Position numbers and translations under genes: made by a program
Assembly: GCA_965285935.1 (NCBI GenBank)
Contig: OZ260663.1
Location: forward strand, 32,426,001-32,490,000
Origin: Ophelia neglecta
Lineage: Eukaryota
Reading direction: 5' to 3'
Length of the DNA stretch: 64,000 bases
Notes under the pieces: generated by a model
The model's input: only the letters and a program-made list of their open reading frames with translations
The model's database searches: none
Told to the model about the DNA's origin: nothing
Shown here: positions 1 through 13,135 of the stretch, in pieces
How the letters are laid out: each line of letters begins with the position of its first letter
How positions within the stretch are numbered: the first letter of the stretch is position 1

Positions 1-3000
1 ATGAAATCTGCAGTATTGCCCATGACTTGTTTAGTAGTTACCCTTATAAGTAGTTGTCTTTCAAGGCGTACGTCTAGGCAGATTGTTTCGTTTAATGACG
101 TCTGTTCTACTGAATCATAAACCAACATGTCTTGCGGTGTTCGTCATGGGTACAGCTACATTTACAAAACTTGTATATGTAAATAATATGATTAATGTGT
201 CCACTATTGCTTTTCCAACTAACTTGCGGGCGAGTTTGTTAAAGAAAACAGTGTTACTCTCTTGACCGAGACAAAGAACATCATATTTATACAATATCGG
301 ATGATTTATTTTTACTAACTATGACAGTAGATAATGCTCGTATTATTTGTTTAAGACAAATGGATTATGAAGAACAATAAGTTTATGGGCTCCCATTTAA
401 TACACTTAGCGGACTTGCTATCAATTTTGGAGATATGACCAATGATTTTTTCTTTGTCGTTGTGAGATTTCGTACAAGGCAAGACACAAAACAATTAACA
501 CCAAATGTAAACTGTGTAAGGATTTAGTTTTAGAACAGGAGCACTTTAGGGCTATAGAGTGAATACTTATTATAATAATTAATGCTAACTATGAGTTGTG
601 CCTTTGATTATAGACTAACGAAAGATGCTTCGACTGAATTACTAATTTCAATATACATCAACAGCTGTTAAACAATTGAACAATTGTCTCTAATTGAGCC
701 AGAGAATAACGTTCTGTACAATGAAACACATGTGTTAAAATGATTATATACATGCTATAATGTTATGAAGAAAAAAATTGTGTCAGACTTATGGAAACGG
801 AAATATAGAAAAAGAGTGTCGGTTTCGTATTTCCCAGCAGCAAACATGGTGTATTTATATCAGATACATAGGTACATGTTATGTCTCAGTACGATAATTA
901 ATATCACATATATGCCTTTATTGCCCTGTATATAAAATGAACTGATGACAGTCAGCCAACACCTTAGGATTAGTTTGCCAGCCAACAAAAATAGCACCAG
1001 TACAGATATTTATGAAAACATATCGTTGAAAGCCATTTTGTACATTTATTTTGACCTCGACACACCCCGCATCAATGTTCCATAATTTCCCACAGTACTT
1101 TCAGAGATATTGCATGGCAATTGTTCGTCTCTTTTTCCACGCACGCTGCGAGAAAACTACCCTGCTCACAGTCGGCAACAAGTTACCCTGCTCACAAGCC
1201 ACAGTAAGATTACTCGTATATCGATTTTACGTACTGCCACGGTGCGCAGGTAACGAGGGGAAGAGCAATAATCGAGTATTTGCAAATTAGGAATAAATGT
1301 TCCCTGATGGCTACATTAAAACGATCCTTGTTCCCTGGTAGCTACGATAAAACGAAACTTGTTTTCTTCCTTCTGGTTGGTGTTTGAAACTTTTTCCCTG
1401 TAACATGCATCCTAATTGGCTTAACATGTCTATTTACCCTGACAAACTTTAAAAGTTATTCAAATGCAATCTAGTATACACTATTTGTATACACTAGAAA
1501 ATCTGTGGCCACAGATAAAGAAAATTAGATTATACATTACACTTTGGTATAAAATTGACATGGCATGTATATTATTTCGCTCTGTTGTAAGTTTTTACAA
1601 AGAGGTTAAATTTAAATAGCATTGCTTACTATTTTTTTATTGTTGTGTGCTTTGATTATTGTTTTTCGTTGCTTTATCATTCAAATATGTGGACCTGCAA
1701 ATTGTGTCTGTGGGCTGACGATACATTTGGAGCTACTTAATTGATAACTGTTGACTGCTGATTTTGGATCGTTTGGAGGGTATTCAATTCTGTTTTTCTT
1801 ATCATTTTTTGTGTGAAATAAGGATGATTATAGCGTGATACCTGAACTGACAGCTCCCCTGTTGCTACTTCATTGTTGTTGTTTTTTATAAAGAAGGGAA
1901 TAGTGTCACTTTTGAGGTGATCCACTGATCTTCTGTATTTATTTCGATCAGGCGAACATAATATACATATATTTATGTTTACGGTAATATCACGTGTCTA
2001 CAACTGGAAATGTTCATTTATACGATTTGTGCATGGCGCAAAAGGGCAGTGATGTCATTTTTAAACTTTGAACAACAGACTCCGACGCACCAGTAGACCT
2101 TTTACAATAATAGCTTGTGGTAAAACTTGGCTCCTTGCATATTGACTCGCGAATGAACAGTTCGTCTATGTAAACCCCTGGGGATGTTTGCATTGGTGTA
2201 CTCTCGCCGAACAGGTCATTCCATTTCCTTTACGCCTTGGATAAATAAAGTTGTTCTTTGTTTGGAATGAAAGTTGCCCTCCAACCGCGTTTCATTATTT
2301 TTAGATTAAAGCAGAGTTATGTGATTACCGAAACTTTTCATCTCATACCATGATCAAAATAAAATGAGAATACCCTGAAACAAAGAGCGTGCTAAAAGAT
2401 AATTTCAAGTTGCTAAACATTATGTATTTGATATTTGTCAACTTTATTGGTTTACCAAATAAAATGGAAATGATTTCTGATTTGAAATACCAGTTGTTTG
2501 CTGGACATTTTATTTAACTGCATGCTTGGCGGACTGTTAAATGTCTTTCTAGAACGTAACAAACATACCTTTTGGTCATTATAAACATACCACAAGTGTT
2601 TGATCGTGATTTCAATAACTTAATATTCTGGTTACTGGTTAATCTATCGTTAAAGGCTTTCGTTGCCTACGTATCCAATAAGAATGGTCTAGTTATATGC
2701 TACAGGATATTCCCCCTGTAAAGACACGCTGTATATTTGTAAGCCAACGATACATTTCATAAATTCATGAAATGTGGCGAGTGGCGGTTGGCGAATGTTG
2801 TTGTTTCAAAATTAAGACCATTCCAACCGAAATTGATTAACATCGGACTTCTTTGGTAATGCACGGGGCATAATATTATGAATCTATCTTTGGTTTAGGA
2901 GCTCGATTTGTCTCAAAGGATTCTGCCTTCAGCCATTTTAAACTGTTTGCCTACAAATTAATAAGTGGGTTTTGTCTTGGCCACTCGTAGCCCAATGCGC

Positions 3001-3307
3001 CCCTTTTTCTCTATAATAAAAAACTCCTAGGTTTTAATATGCAAATTATTACAAGATCCGTCAAATACCATCTCCGTCTAATTAAATTTGAATTTATAAA
3101 CATTTCTTCGACTTAGAGCTATTTATATGACGAGTAGACATATTATTGCAAATTATTTTTCATTCTACAATAATATTTGCTGAATGTCAACCTCGCAATA
3201 GTGTAATATATTTCCATCAGGGCCTAATATTTTGGCTTTTTCCCTTCCTGAGTCGTTATTGTAGTACATTATTTTGATTTATTGGAAAATTATTTCAACT
3301 CTCTCAG

Positions 3308-3372
3308 TGACAACCAGTGCTTTTATTGGCCTCATATCCCTGAAATCGATGAGGCTATATCGGCAAGGACAG
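3308..3372 (+). CDS. Candidate upstream exon of the cysteine-rich peptide precursor (xDNQCFYWPHIPEIDEAISART|G)
   Basis: Acceptor tatttcaactctctcag| and strong donor CAG|gtatga. 65 nt, open in the frame ending in phase 1, which matches the phase-1 start of exon 10445. Linkage is inferred, with no homology support. Confidence 0.45.
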
Positions 3373-6300
3373 GTATGAGTAGCCCGCTCCATGTCCACTT
3401 ACCTGGTTGATCGGCGACAGTAATTAGTGCCTTAATTTCCAATCAGTGTGTTGATTATGACAGAACAAACAAGATAAACACTATACACAAACGATATATA
3501 AATTAATTCATTAACTGTGTTTAGACCCCGATTACAGCTCTTTTAATCTATAGTGATGTCAGAGATTATCGTGTTGTCGATTCTACAAAACAAACAAAAA
3601 ACTATTTCGAGTCACTAAATCATTTAATCAGTTTAGTGTTGCACATTTGTGATGCTAATAGAGCGATGTGCCTGCTGAGTACCGGTGACATTTAGCCAGT
3701 ACACATTGCAGTGTTTTGCGGAAGCCATATTTGTACAACTGATTGACTTAACGTCTGCTTAACATGTATACAGAAGGCGAGAAACGCACTAGTTGTTTAC
3801 AATGTGGTATCTTTAAGAGGTGCTTATGCCTGCAACTCAAATACTATCAGATACAATTGCGCAATTCTTTAACTTACTACAAAAAACATGCTAAAGGTGG
3901 GGGGTAAAAGTAAATGGTTACGAGTCAACGATAATGTGTAACTGTTCCCCTGCGGCATAAAGGAAGGCCATCACAAATATGCATGTTTGCAGACACTGTT
4001 ATGTGTAGTCATAATAAATCTGAACTCACTGAACTAAGTAATGAACTGAAAAAACTTAACACTAATTGATTTTGAAAAAGATCAGTCTACAGTCTTAAAT
4101 TTATGTGATTGTATATTCCACCCTAGAATCTCATAGGAGTATAGATCGTCAGCGACCAGCCTTGATCACTGGACCTTTTTTTGTGTGTGGTCCGGGCCAT
4201 ATCATGTACAACTTTTGACTACTTCTAATTTCAAATTATGTCAAATGAAATCCAAAATGTTTTACAATTCTAGTTACGGTTATGTAGTAAGGGGTTAGTG
4301 TTTGTGGGGCTGCGGCTGCTGTTACTGATGAATTTGGACAGGTTTAATCGGGAGTTTGGATTAAAAATGCTTTTTTTGTTGCGGGGTATCAACTCCCGTC
4401 TTTCAGGTTGAAGGGCTCAATCAATATGTCTCTTCTTTTGAAAAAAAGCCTATCATTTTAACCTTCGAATACAGAAAGGTTTTTTTCCATTTGGATAAGA
4501 CATTAAACAAATTAGTTTAATCTTTTGAGGTTCATGTTCGTACACCCATATATATGAAAACTATATTTGGTCAAAAAATCAATCAACCAATCAGGAGCGA
4601 GAATCGTTAAAGCCCGGGGTAGTTCTCAAAATGGAGGACGTCGAGCTTCTAGATGGAAGTTTTCCGTTGAAAATTGCTGTTTAAAGTCATTCTTTTAGAG
4701 CAGCGTGAGCGTAAGTGTACTGGAAATACGCGGTAAGGACTGTTTATTGGACCTGTGCATGTTGGAAGATTGCTGTTGGCAGGAATTAGTAGGAGAGTGA
4801 ATATAATAGGCTGGAAACTGGCCAAGATTTGTGGAGGGATTTTGTCGCCAAAGGTTGGGCATTGGCTTGCGGCCCTTTCCGTATATATATAGTGTCACAA
4901 GGGCCGTACCATTTAGACCGGGAATATTTTCTCACAAAGCCAAGAGGTTGCAAAATGGACAATAACAACGGATAACGGACACTTTCCACCCACATAACGG
5001 ACACTTTCCACCCATTTTGTTCCAAGTCCCTGTGGCTCGTACATGAACAAGTGCAATAATTGAGAGGAAAAGAAGACTGACGTTTAGGAAACTCTTAGTG
5101 TTACCCAGATTATTTATTGCACATGCCATTGGGGTCCAGAATATAAGGCGATAAATATGTGAGGGAAGGTGACAGCTTCTTTAACTTAATACAGTGAAAC
5201 AGATTCGGTAGCTGGCTCGGTTGGGCTGTTGATTGACAGCGGAGTCGTGGAGCCTGGCGGAGGTAAACTCCGAGATTAGGATGCAACACTGGACCCATAT
5301 AAACCTGCCCCTTACCCTTTCTCTAACACTAAAACTAACCCCCAGCCATAGCCTTAGCCCTGTTGGAGATATTTTGCTTCGTGATACACAGATTTACCCC
5401 TGACTTCCGCCTCTGCATAGCCTGCGCACCTCCTCGTTTAATAATTTTTCATAATTATGCGGAAATAAAACGAAGTGACTTCCTCGGCCTTTAAATCTAC
5501 CTGTGGCCGCTTCAGAGAGGGGACGCTTATGCCTGAAACCATAATTGCAGCTCCTGTAAATTTCTATGTGTACTTTTGGCCTGTTGTGCCTTAGCGGTAG
5601 TTGTCAGTTTCTCGCAAGTTTACACTGTTCTAACTATTTACTAGACCACTTGACAGTTCGACGAATCAGGGTGGTTTCAGAAGTAGCAAACCTTTCCTGA
5701 TCGACGATCGACTGTGGGGAAAACCTCATGAAAGCCAAAGCCACCTCAACTGGCTGTAAACTTGAAGTAGACGAGTGCTGATCCCTTAGGAGCCAGGCAA
5801 TTGTCAATTTCGATATATTGTGTTCTTGTTTTATTCTTTCCTTTCCACCACTCTATACCTTGCATGATAATAAATACAATTTTAATTGAATTGACTTTAG
5901 GAAAAAGGGAAATTGAGTTGAAATGATTCAACCACCAATTTGTGTGTTCTAAAACTAACTTATATTTGTCATAGCCTCATGATACTTACGATTCATTAAT
6001 GTTTGAATTCGTTTAACAAACAACGATTATAGGAATATTAGTACGGACAGCTTCATAAACATGATCTTTACCTAACTCGCAATAATTTTAACAAATTGAC
6101 GAGAAAAACGAATTATTTATTTGTACTTATTTACATATACTACTAAAGAGATTTCGGATCGACAATGTCTCCTCCTTCCGTGCTTCGTTACCACTCAACT
6201 ACGGCAATTTTTTCACACACTTTCTTGGACAGGGGCTGAAAATACTACATATTTTAGAGCGATGAACTAAAATCCGCTGCTTTTCACTTGCTACATGTTG

Positions 6301-9300
6301 CACCCTCTGAAAACGCCGTTCGTTGCGTTAGCCAGCCTTGGAAATCATTGTCGGCCAAGATCGGGCAAGGCGTCACACAGTGCAGTGTTTCATGTACTAT
6401 TAAAGTTTGTGCAACGGTCCCTGAGGTCTCAGTTCCTCTACTATATGTTTAAGGGAGTATCTTATGAAGGATAGGTCTCCGCGTTAGGTGAAATAGAAAT
6501 ATAAACTACAATAACATAAAGCAGCATCACAAACAGGCATGCTTAATGCTAAAAAAGTTACAATCTATAAAGGTGCTTATTGTGGCAATAACCTTAATGT
6601 CAAGCTCGTAAATATAGTCATATTTATTGCAGCTGTTCAAAGTAAATGATTTATATTTTCGCTTACAATATTCGTATCGCTACGCTTTTATTATTTTAAG
6701 TTAATCAAAAAAGCTTTTCTGAGTACTCGAAAGAATAGGTGAACTTGCAATATCACCAAACAAAAGGTAAACAAACACGTTGCAAATAATAGAGTAGATG
6801 ACCCCGAACGGTAGATTGGTGTCTTTGTTGCATTTTCCTTGGCCTTTAATTCGAGGGGGAAGGGGTTATGCTCCTGCCTGTTCAAGATTCTGACACTCGG
6901 ATGGTGGCACTGGCCTCCCGCAGCGATAATGGAGTTGGTATCGACTGAACTAACAAAGCTTTCAAGATAATGACGTGACACACGGGGAGCGTAGTAATCA
7001 AATAATTATACTTCTAATTGTAGATAAGGATATTTACTCTTACGCATGCGTTATTATCTTACATGACCAGGCTAATAAATCGAGACGATAGCTTGCGAAC
7101 AATCGCAAAGATATAACCTAGTGTTCAAAAGGGCTTCTATCGAGACAAGTGTCCTTTAAACAAAGGGCTTTAGTGTCCAGGAAAATAGATTTGCAACACA
7201 TTCTAAGTTGCAAACACTCATACTTTTGTATGCAATGAAAATAGACAATGAAATTTATATAATATTTATCTAATTAAATATACATTTTAATGTTAGAAAG
7301 ACTAGAAGCCAAAGAGTATTTTTTCCCAAAAATAACAAATAAGATTTACATTACCATGCAATATATGCTAACGAAACAACTTAAAACAAATATGATTAGT
7401 GAAATTTATAGATATACATGTATATATACAAATTTATGTACTGTATGTATGAAAAAACATAGGCCCAATATTCAAGAAGAAACCCTGAAAATATTCACAT
7501 ACAAGGAATAAAGCAATTTTTAAATCATAATATTAGGCATAAGAAATATAGATGGGGAAGCAAGAAGTGAAAGAAACATTTACCAGAGTGCTGACATACC
7601 GGAAGCAGGGGCCGGCGGCGTCAGAATATTCGCCAAATAATATAGTTCTCACTAAGCTAACGTGTATTAATCATGTTAACTGAAGTGAAAAAATGCTAAA
7701 TTATGCCTTTTTATAGTAAGTGATGTAAACAAATGTTCACCAATCAGACAGTTTTAGTGTCGTAATATGTCTCTTTAGGTTGCCAGTTAATGCTGCAGTA
7801 ACAGTGTTGCTATTCATTTCTAACGCTAGTTGGATATTTTGAGTCGGAAATAGACGATAAATGCCGACAATTACAATGCGGTTGGTCGCCCTGCCCTGCC
7901 AATGGACAAGCCGCCATGACACAGTAATATGGCAGTATACTCATCTCCCTATGTCCTCTCTTTTGGACAAGGTTAGCAAGACCAAGGTCATATTTATCCT
8001 TAGACTATGTTTCTACAATGTCTGTAGACACTGTTGCGCCAGGTCGAATACAAGTCAATCAGTTGGGAAAATTGAAAGCTTGAAATATTGGACGACTATT
8101 GAAAGCTTGGCGTATTGGACGACCATAAAAGTGTTTCAGGTAAAGCAGGGCGGATGGCATCGTGTTGAGTACAGGTAGTCTATGAGTGACTAACATGGGT
8201 TCTTGTATTACAGATTGACCAATTAAGACCCACACAGGCCCCGCCTAATCGGCATCTGCTGGTTTTTACCCCTCATCGCATCTCATCATAGTTACTCATA
8301 GCCACAATACATCCACCTCCAATTTGAGATAAAAGTCACTTCGATTAACCTTAATGGTAACAGCGGCCATAACATGCGTAATTTTCATTTGTCCAGTGAA
8401 TTATTCATCCTAGGTGGTCCGTCCATGGCTTTGTTAATTGAGAAATAGTGAAATGCATGTCGTGAGCCATCAACTTAGGACTACAAATGTCAATTTTCCT
8501 AACAGATTAACTCGATCGACATACCCAGGTATACAGTCTGTGTCACAGTTTAATGTTAAATCTTGGTACAATTATCAAGCATAATAAAACCCATTATGTA
8601 TAGTTAACATATAAAGAAAGTAGACCAACACTCGCACAATAACATGTTTAAGGGGTTAACGTTTAGAGTGGGATACATTTAAGACTTTCTCGGTATTAAG
8701 CGAGCATGAGTTTGACATTGTCATTAATTAAGAAGCAAAACATTTAGAACCATAATATTTTTAGCACCTTGAACTTGGACAAAGTTACTGCTATATCCAA
8801 GGGAAAGGTTTTCTGGTCAAGAACATGGACATAGTCCTGAGGAAATGATAGATCATGTCATCATTTTGATATTTGCGGCCATTATAACAATTCGGGTCGG
8901 GTGAAATTTAAAATATTAGTTGGGAAATAAGAATGAAGTGAATTCCTAAACCACGCATAATATAATATTCGGATACTGCTTACGATGCTTCCTACATTTC
9001 ACTTCCTGTGATTCATCTGACCTATCCACTGACACCTATATCTATTAGTATATTAAAGACCATACGACTGATTGGTTCATAATTGACCTGTTTTATCCTA
9101 AACTAACCATCACAGTATTACTACTACCTGGAACACTAAAATACATCAGCTTTAATATTCCGAGATACGATTGGCACGGGCTAGTATCAGTTATGAGTTG
9201 CTATAAATATAACACTAATTATTGTGTCGGGGTGATGTAGTTTGTGATGAGGCTAGGCCCATTAATATTGTGCGTCGCGAAACTAGTTAGTAAGGCCAAG

Positions 9301-10444
9301 TGGGCTGGTACATTGATATTACATAAATATGAGGTACTATATGTCTTATTGAGATATATATTGGAAATGAGTCATAAATTGGTTTTTCGGTAGTTTTCGG
9401 AATTATGGTGGTTCTCGAAGGCGTACTCATAATGGATGATGAAAGGGGGTTAGTTCATAAATCTAGGTGTGAGGAATAAAAATTGCCACACACCTACCCT
9501 GAATTTTTCATGTAATGAGGACATTGGATACATATTATTTTACAGCTAAGTAGAAAATAGCCTGAATCATTAGAAAAGTACGGAATATTTGAAAACGTCA
9601 TAAAAGCCACCAATGGAAATATATCATTAGTGGTATATAGCCTTAAGTGCACTCGCCAGGGGAGGCAGCCTTGGTGGTCTTGTTGCTGGTGCTGCCACCT
9701 TATTCCCCCTTGCGCAGGAGCATGTATTGCATCCAGGAAGTGACCCCGTATAATTAAGCTTTCAGATGATATAGACATTACTGCCAGCAGATAAAGTAAA
9801 TAGCAACCACTGGCTCGCAGACTATTTGATGCTGTCAATTAGGACTTAGTAACAGTCTCTATTTTTCATGACGGCGTGACAGTAAAACAACGTAAATGGA
9901 AACACAAAATGATGCTAATATAAAATGGGCACCAAATAAGTGGAATTTGCTTAACAAATAACATTTATACATATTAAGGATAATCCACAAGGGGCTTTTA
10001 GAAGTTCTTAGGCGACACTGCCTAGATAGGCTTATACATATTGCTTTTTTTAAAGTAATCTCAAAAACTTTAGCCATTAACACATAGGCTATTAGAGAAT
10101 TGGCAACATATTCGTGCAATATATTGGCACAAAAACAACAACAATAATACTCTTACTACGTGTATTTGGATGGTAAAAAATATTCACTACTGGTCTAACG
10201 TAATTTGGGATTTGTTTTCGATGCTGTTTGCTTGTATATTTAATATGGAATTTACCCAAACAAATAATTCAAACTCACTTCCTTGTACGTTATGATTTTT
10301 TTTTCAGAAAAATATGTATATCAATGTGGAAATGATTGGTAAACTTGAAACTAGTGGCTTTATAAACAAACTGCATATACTTGAGTATCAAAATAAGAAG
10401 TGCGTTAAATTTGATTGCTAAACTTCTAATATTTATATTTGTAG

Positions 10445-10513
10445 GTAAGAGTGTGGACGCCAGGGCCCTACGAACAGACGACACCCAATCCCACATCATT
10501 CATAAAAGAAACG
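10445..10513 (+). CDS. Internal exon of a prohormone-like precursor: (G)KSVDARALRTDDTQSHIIHKRN(D), with dibasic KR site
   Basis: Branch-like ttctaat at 10424-10430, acceptor atttgtag|, donor ACG|gtgagt. 69 nt, phase 1-1, open frame, GC-richer than flanks. Splices in frame to 15271. Confidence 0.7.
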
Positions 10514-11919
10514 GTGAGTACACCTACCGTCGAAAAACTAATAAATGTAATTCTTTATAAAGCTAAGACAACTTGGCTGAAATAATGATTCCAAACCCAT
10601 TTCGAGCATTTTAAAACATTTATTGGCAAACATGCATGTGAAAGTGGGTTGAAGTGAGCACAAGTTTGTTGTTGCAAATCTAAACTTGTGCAATAAAAAT
10701 GACTGATTTGAACCAAATTGATAGACGCAATTCATATGTAAAGCATAATCATGAGTTAGTACGCTTTTAAATAGCTTCTGTTTGCCACTGCAAGCAAAAA
10801 ACAACAAATCTGGACACTTTTACAGTGGACTGTAGCAACTTTATTTTCGCAAGAAGAATAGAGTATAGTTACTCGTGGGTATATAGGAAGTCACATGTTA
10901 TCAAGTTGATAGTGACCTAAAAATATATCTTGACCCAATTTTTCGAGGTCAAATCGCTAAACCTGTCCTGATTGCAGCCACTGAGTCTTTGTTAAGCCGT
11001 GTATATATATGTCACACGAACAAATACATGTGAGAAGCATCGCATACAAGCCTCAAACATGTTCAGATCTGTCACAGGCCAAAAGCCCATTACTAGGTAA
11101 AAGTGCTTCATCTTTCAAAAATAATTGGGAAGTAAACTAGTTTTTGGTAGGATTAATCCTCATTGCTTATATATGCATTCTGGATAATATATTTGGAGAC
11201 TTTTTCCGCCAAGGTTGAACTAGCTTAAGTACTTGTTAGGTACAATATGACTCATTTGTTTCTTGGCCATTCAGGTATCTAAACCATTTCACAGTGAAGG
11301 CATTAGACTAATATTCTCGCAGCAGTAATCCTTTAGGCGGGTATACGTTCTGAAAATCGTTAGAACCTTTTATGTTATATTTCTTCTCTATAATCATATA
11401 CATATATATACATTTTCATTAGCATGGTGGAGCAAGAAATCTGTAGAAGGCTTTGATCGAATAGAAAAAGGTAGGCATTGTTAACCTTCTTTCCATCGCC
11501 TTTTGATGGCATAAATTTCTTAAGTTACATAAACATACTTTATGAGCAGAAATGAATGTGCACCGAGCAATTGGAAGGTAGGGTTCTCGACAACGCACAC
11601 ATAAACCGACGTTTAAGGGATATTTTCTTATGACTATACGACCAGTCATTCCAGCCTATAGAAGTGTCGTATATTAAACTTTATTAGTAGCCTTATTAAT
11701 TATTTCAATTTTAATTTTCAAAAGTATTGCTACGTCTCAAGTTAGTGCTACATTTACTTTCAGCACACAAACAAGAAGAGGCTTCAAGATACAAGATAGG
11801 AAAATCCATAGGTAAATTTTTATGAATACATCAATGATATTGTCTTTATTTAAGCCTCGGACAATTATGTTTCTTTATACCTATTTATGCCATTGCTTGG
11901 ATATCGTCTGTATACTTAT

Positions 11920-12049
11920 GTATTTCAAGAGCTCAGTGTATTCGGCGAGAGCAACAGCCATGGTAAATGCGAAAGTGAAAAAAAAAAGTATTTCAAGAGC
12001 TCAGTGTATTCGGCGAGAGCAACAGCCATGGTAAATGCGAAAGTGAAAA
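11920..12049. repeat. Tandem duplication of a ~62-bp segment (period 68) joined by an A-run
   Basis: gtatttcaagagctcagtgtattcggcgagagcaacagccatggtaaatgcgaaagtgaaaa occurs at 11920 and again at 11988. Confidence 0.9.
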
Positions 12050-12993
12050 GAAAATTATATTAAATATCTGACATCTGACACCCAATCGTAATCCATTCAT
12101 CACAGTTTACTGCACAACATGTATTATGGTAGGGAAAACACAGTATTTATATTAGTCGATACTAAGTATCCACGCGACTTTGGACAAGTTATTGACTTTC
12201 GTGGTACGAAAGTCCCTCCAAGTTCTTGCTATAGTAAGCTGTTATAGTATTGAATCGTCTACCTGTTTTTTTTTTCCAAATCCATGCGGTTCGACCGTCC
12301 TCAACTTTGGGACAGGTCTTTTTATTAAGCAATCCTATTTTTAAATTGAGTGCTCGCAGAAGCTTGGTCATGATAGAAGTGAATCGCTATGTTCAGGTGA
12401 ATTAAATGTATACCAGAGGTAAAACTGATGTCCATATAAAAGTTGCGAATTAGTGATACACACGTTTTTCAACAAAGTGAGGCAAGAAATATACGACAAC
12501 TTATGCAAACCACTTGACAAATAAATGATAATAAGATGACAACTTTATAATTTGCGTTGGGTGACAATAAGTTTCACGTGTTCATGGATATCAAGTTTAT
12601 TAACATAAAGCTAACATCATTAAATATCCGGGTTTAAGCTTGAAAATACATAGCTAGGAAAGCGAGGACACGGCCTCTCACATTGACAAAAATCCAAGGG
12701 AAAAAATGTCCGTAGGCCATTCTTAGCCATGGGAAATACTGTCATTTTCAAGAAATCCCCCCCCCCTTTCCTTACAGGTGGACATAATATCTGTTTAATA
12801 ACAAAAAGTCCATCGAACATTAGATACGTGGAAAGTACATTTGGCCTCAGAATCAGTATAAATTGACATAGGATAAACATTTTAAACTGGGACAAGCGTC
12901 CCCGGACAAACCTTCCGCATTTTCATGAATCAATCAGGGGGTACTCAAACAAAGAAGAATAACTGTGATTCACTGCAAATAATGCCCAATCGG

Positions 12994-13135
12994 NNNNNNN
13001 NNNNNNNNNNNNNNNNNNNNNNNNNNNNNNNNNNNNNNNNNNNNNNNNNNNNNNNNNNNNNNNNNNNNNNNNNNNNNNNNNNNNNNNNNNNNNNNNNNNN
13101 NNNNNNNNNNNNNNNNNNNNNNNNNNNNNNNNNNN
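12994..13135. other. Assembly gap (142 N)
   Basis: Run of N; it lies in the last intron of the predicted peptide gene. Confidence 1.

Noticed and set aside
5551-5620. Hydrophobic frame KFLCVLLACCALAVVVSFSQ as the signal-peptide exon
   Set aside because: No in-frame ATG (upstream TGA) and no convincing phase-1 donor.
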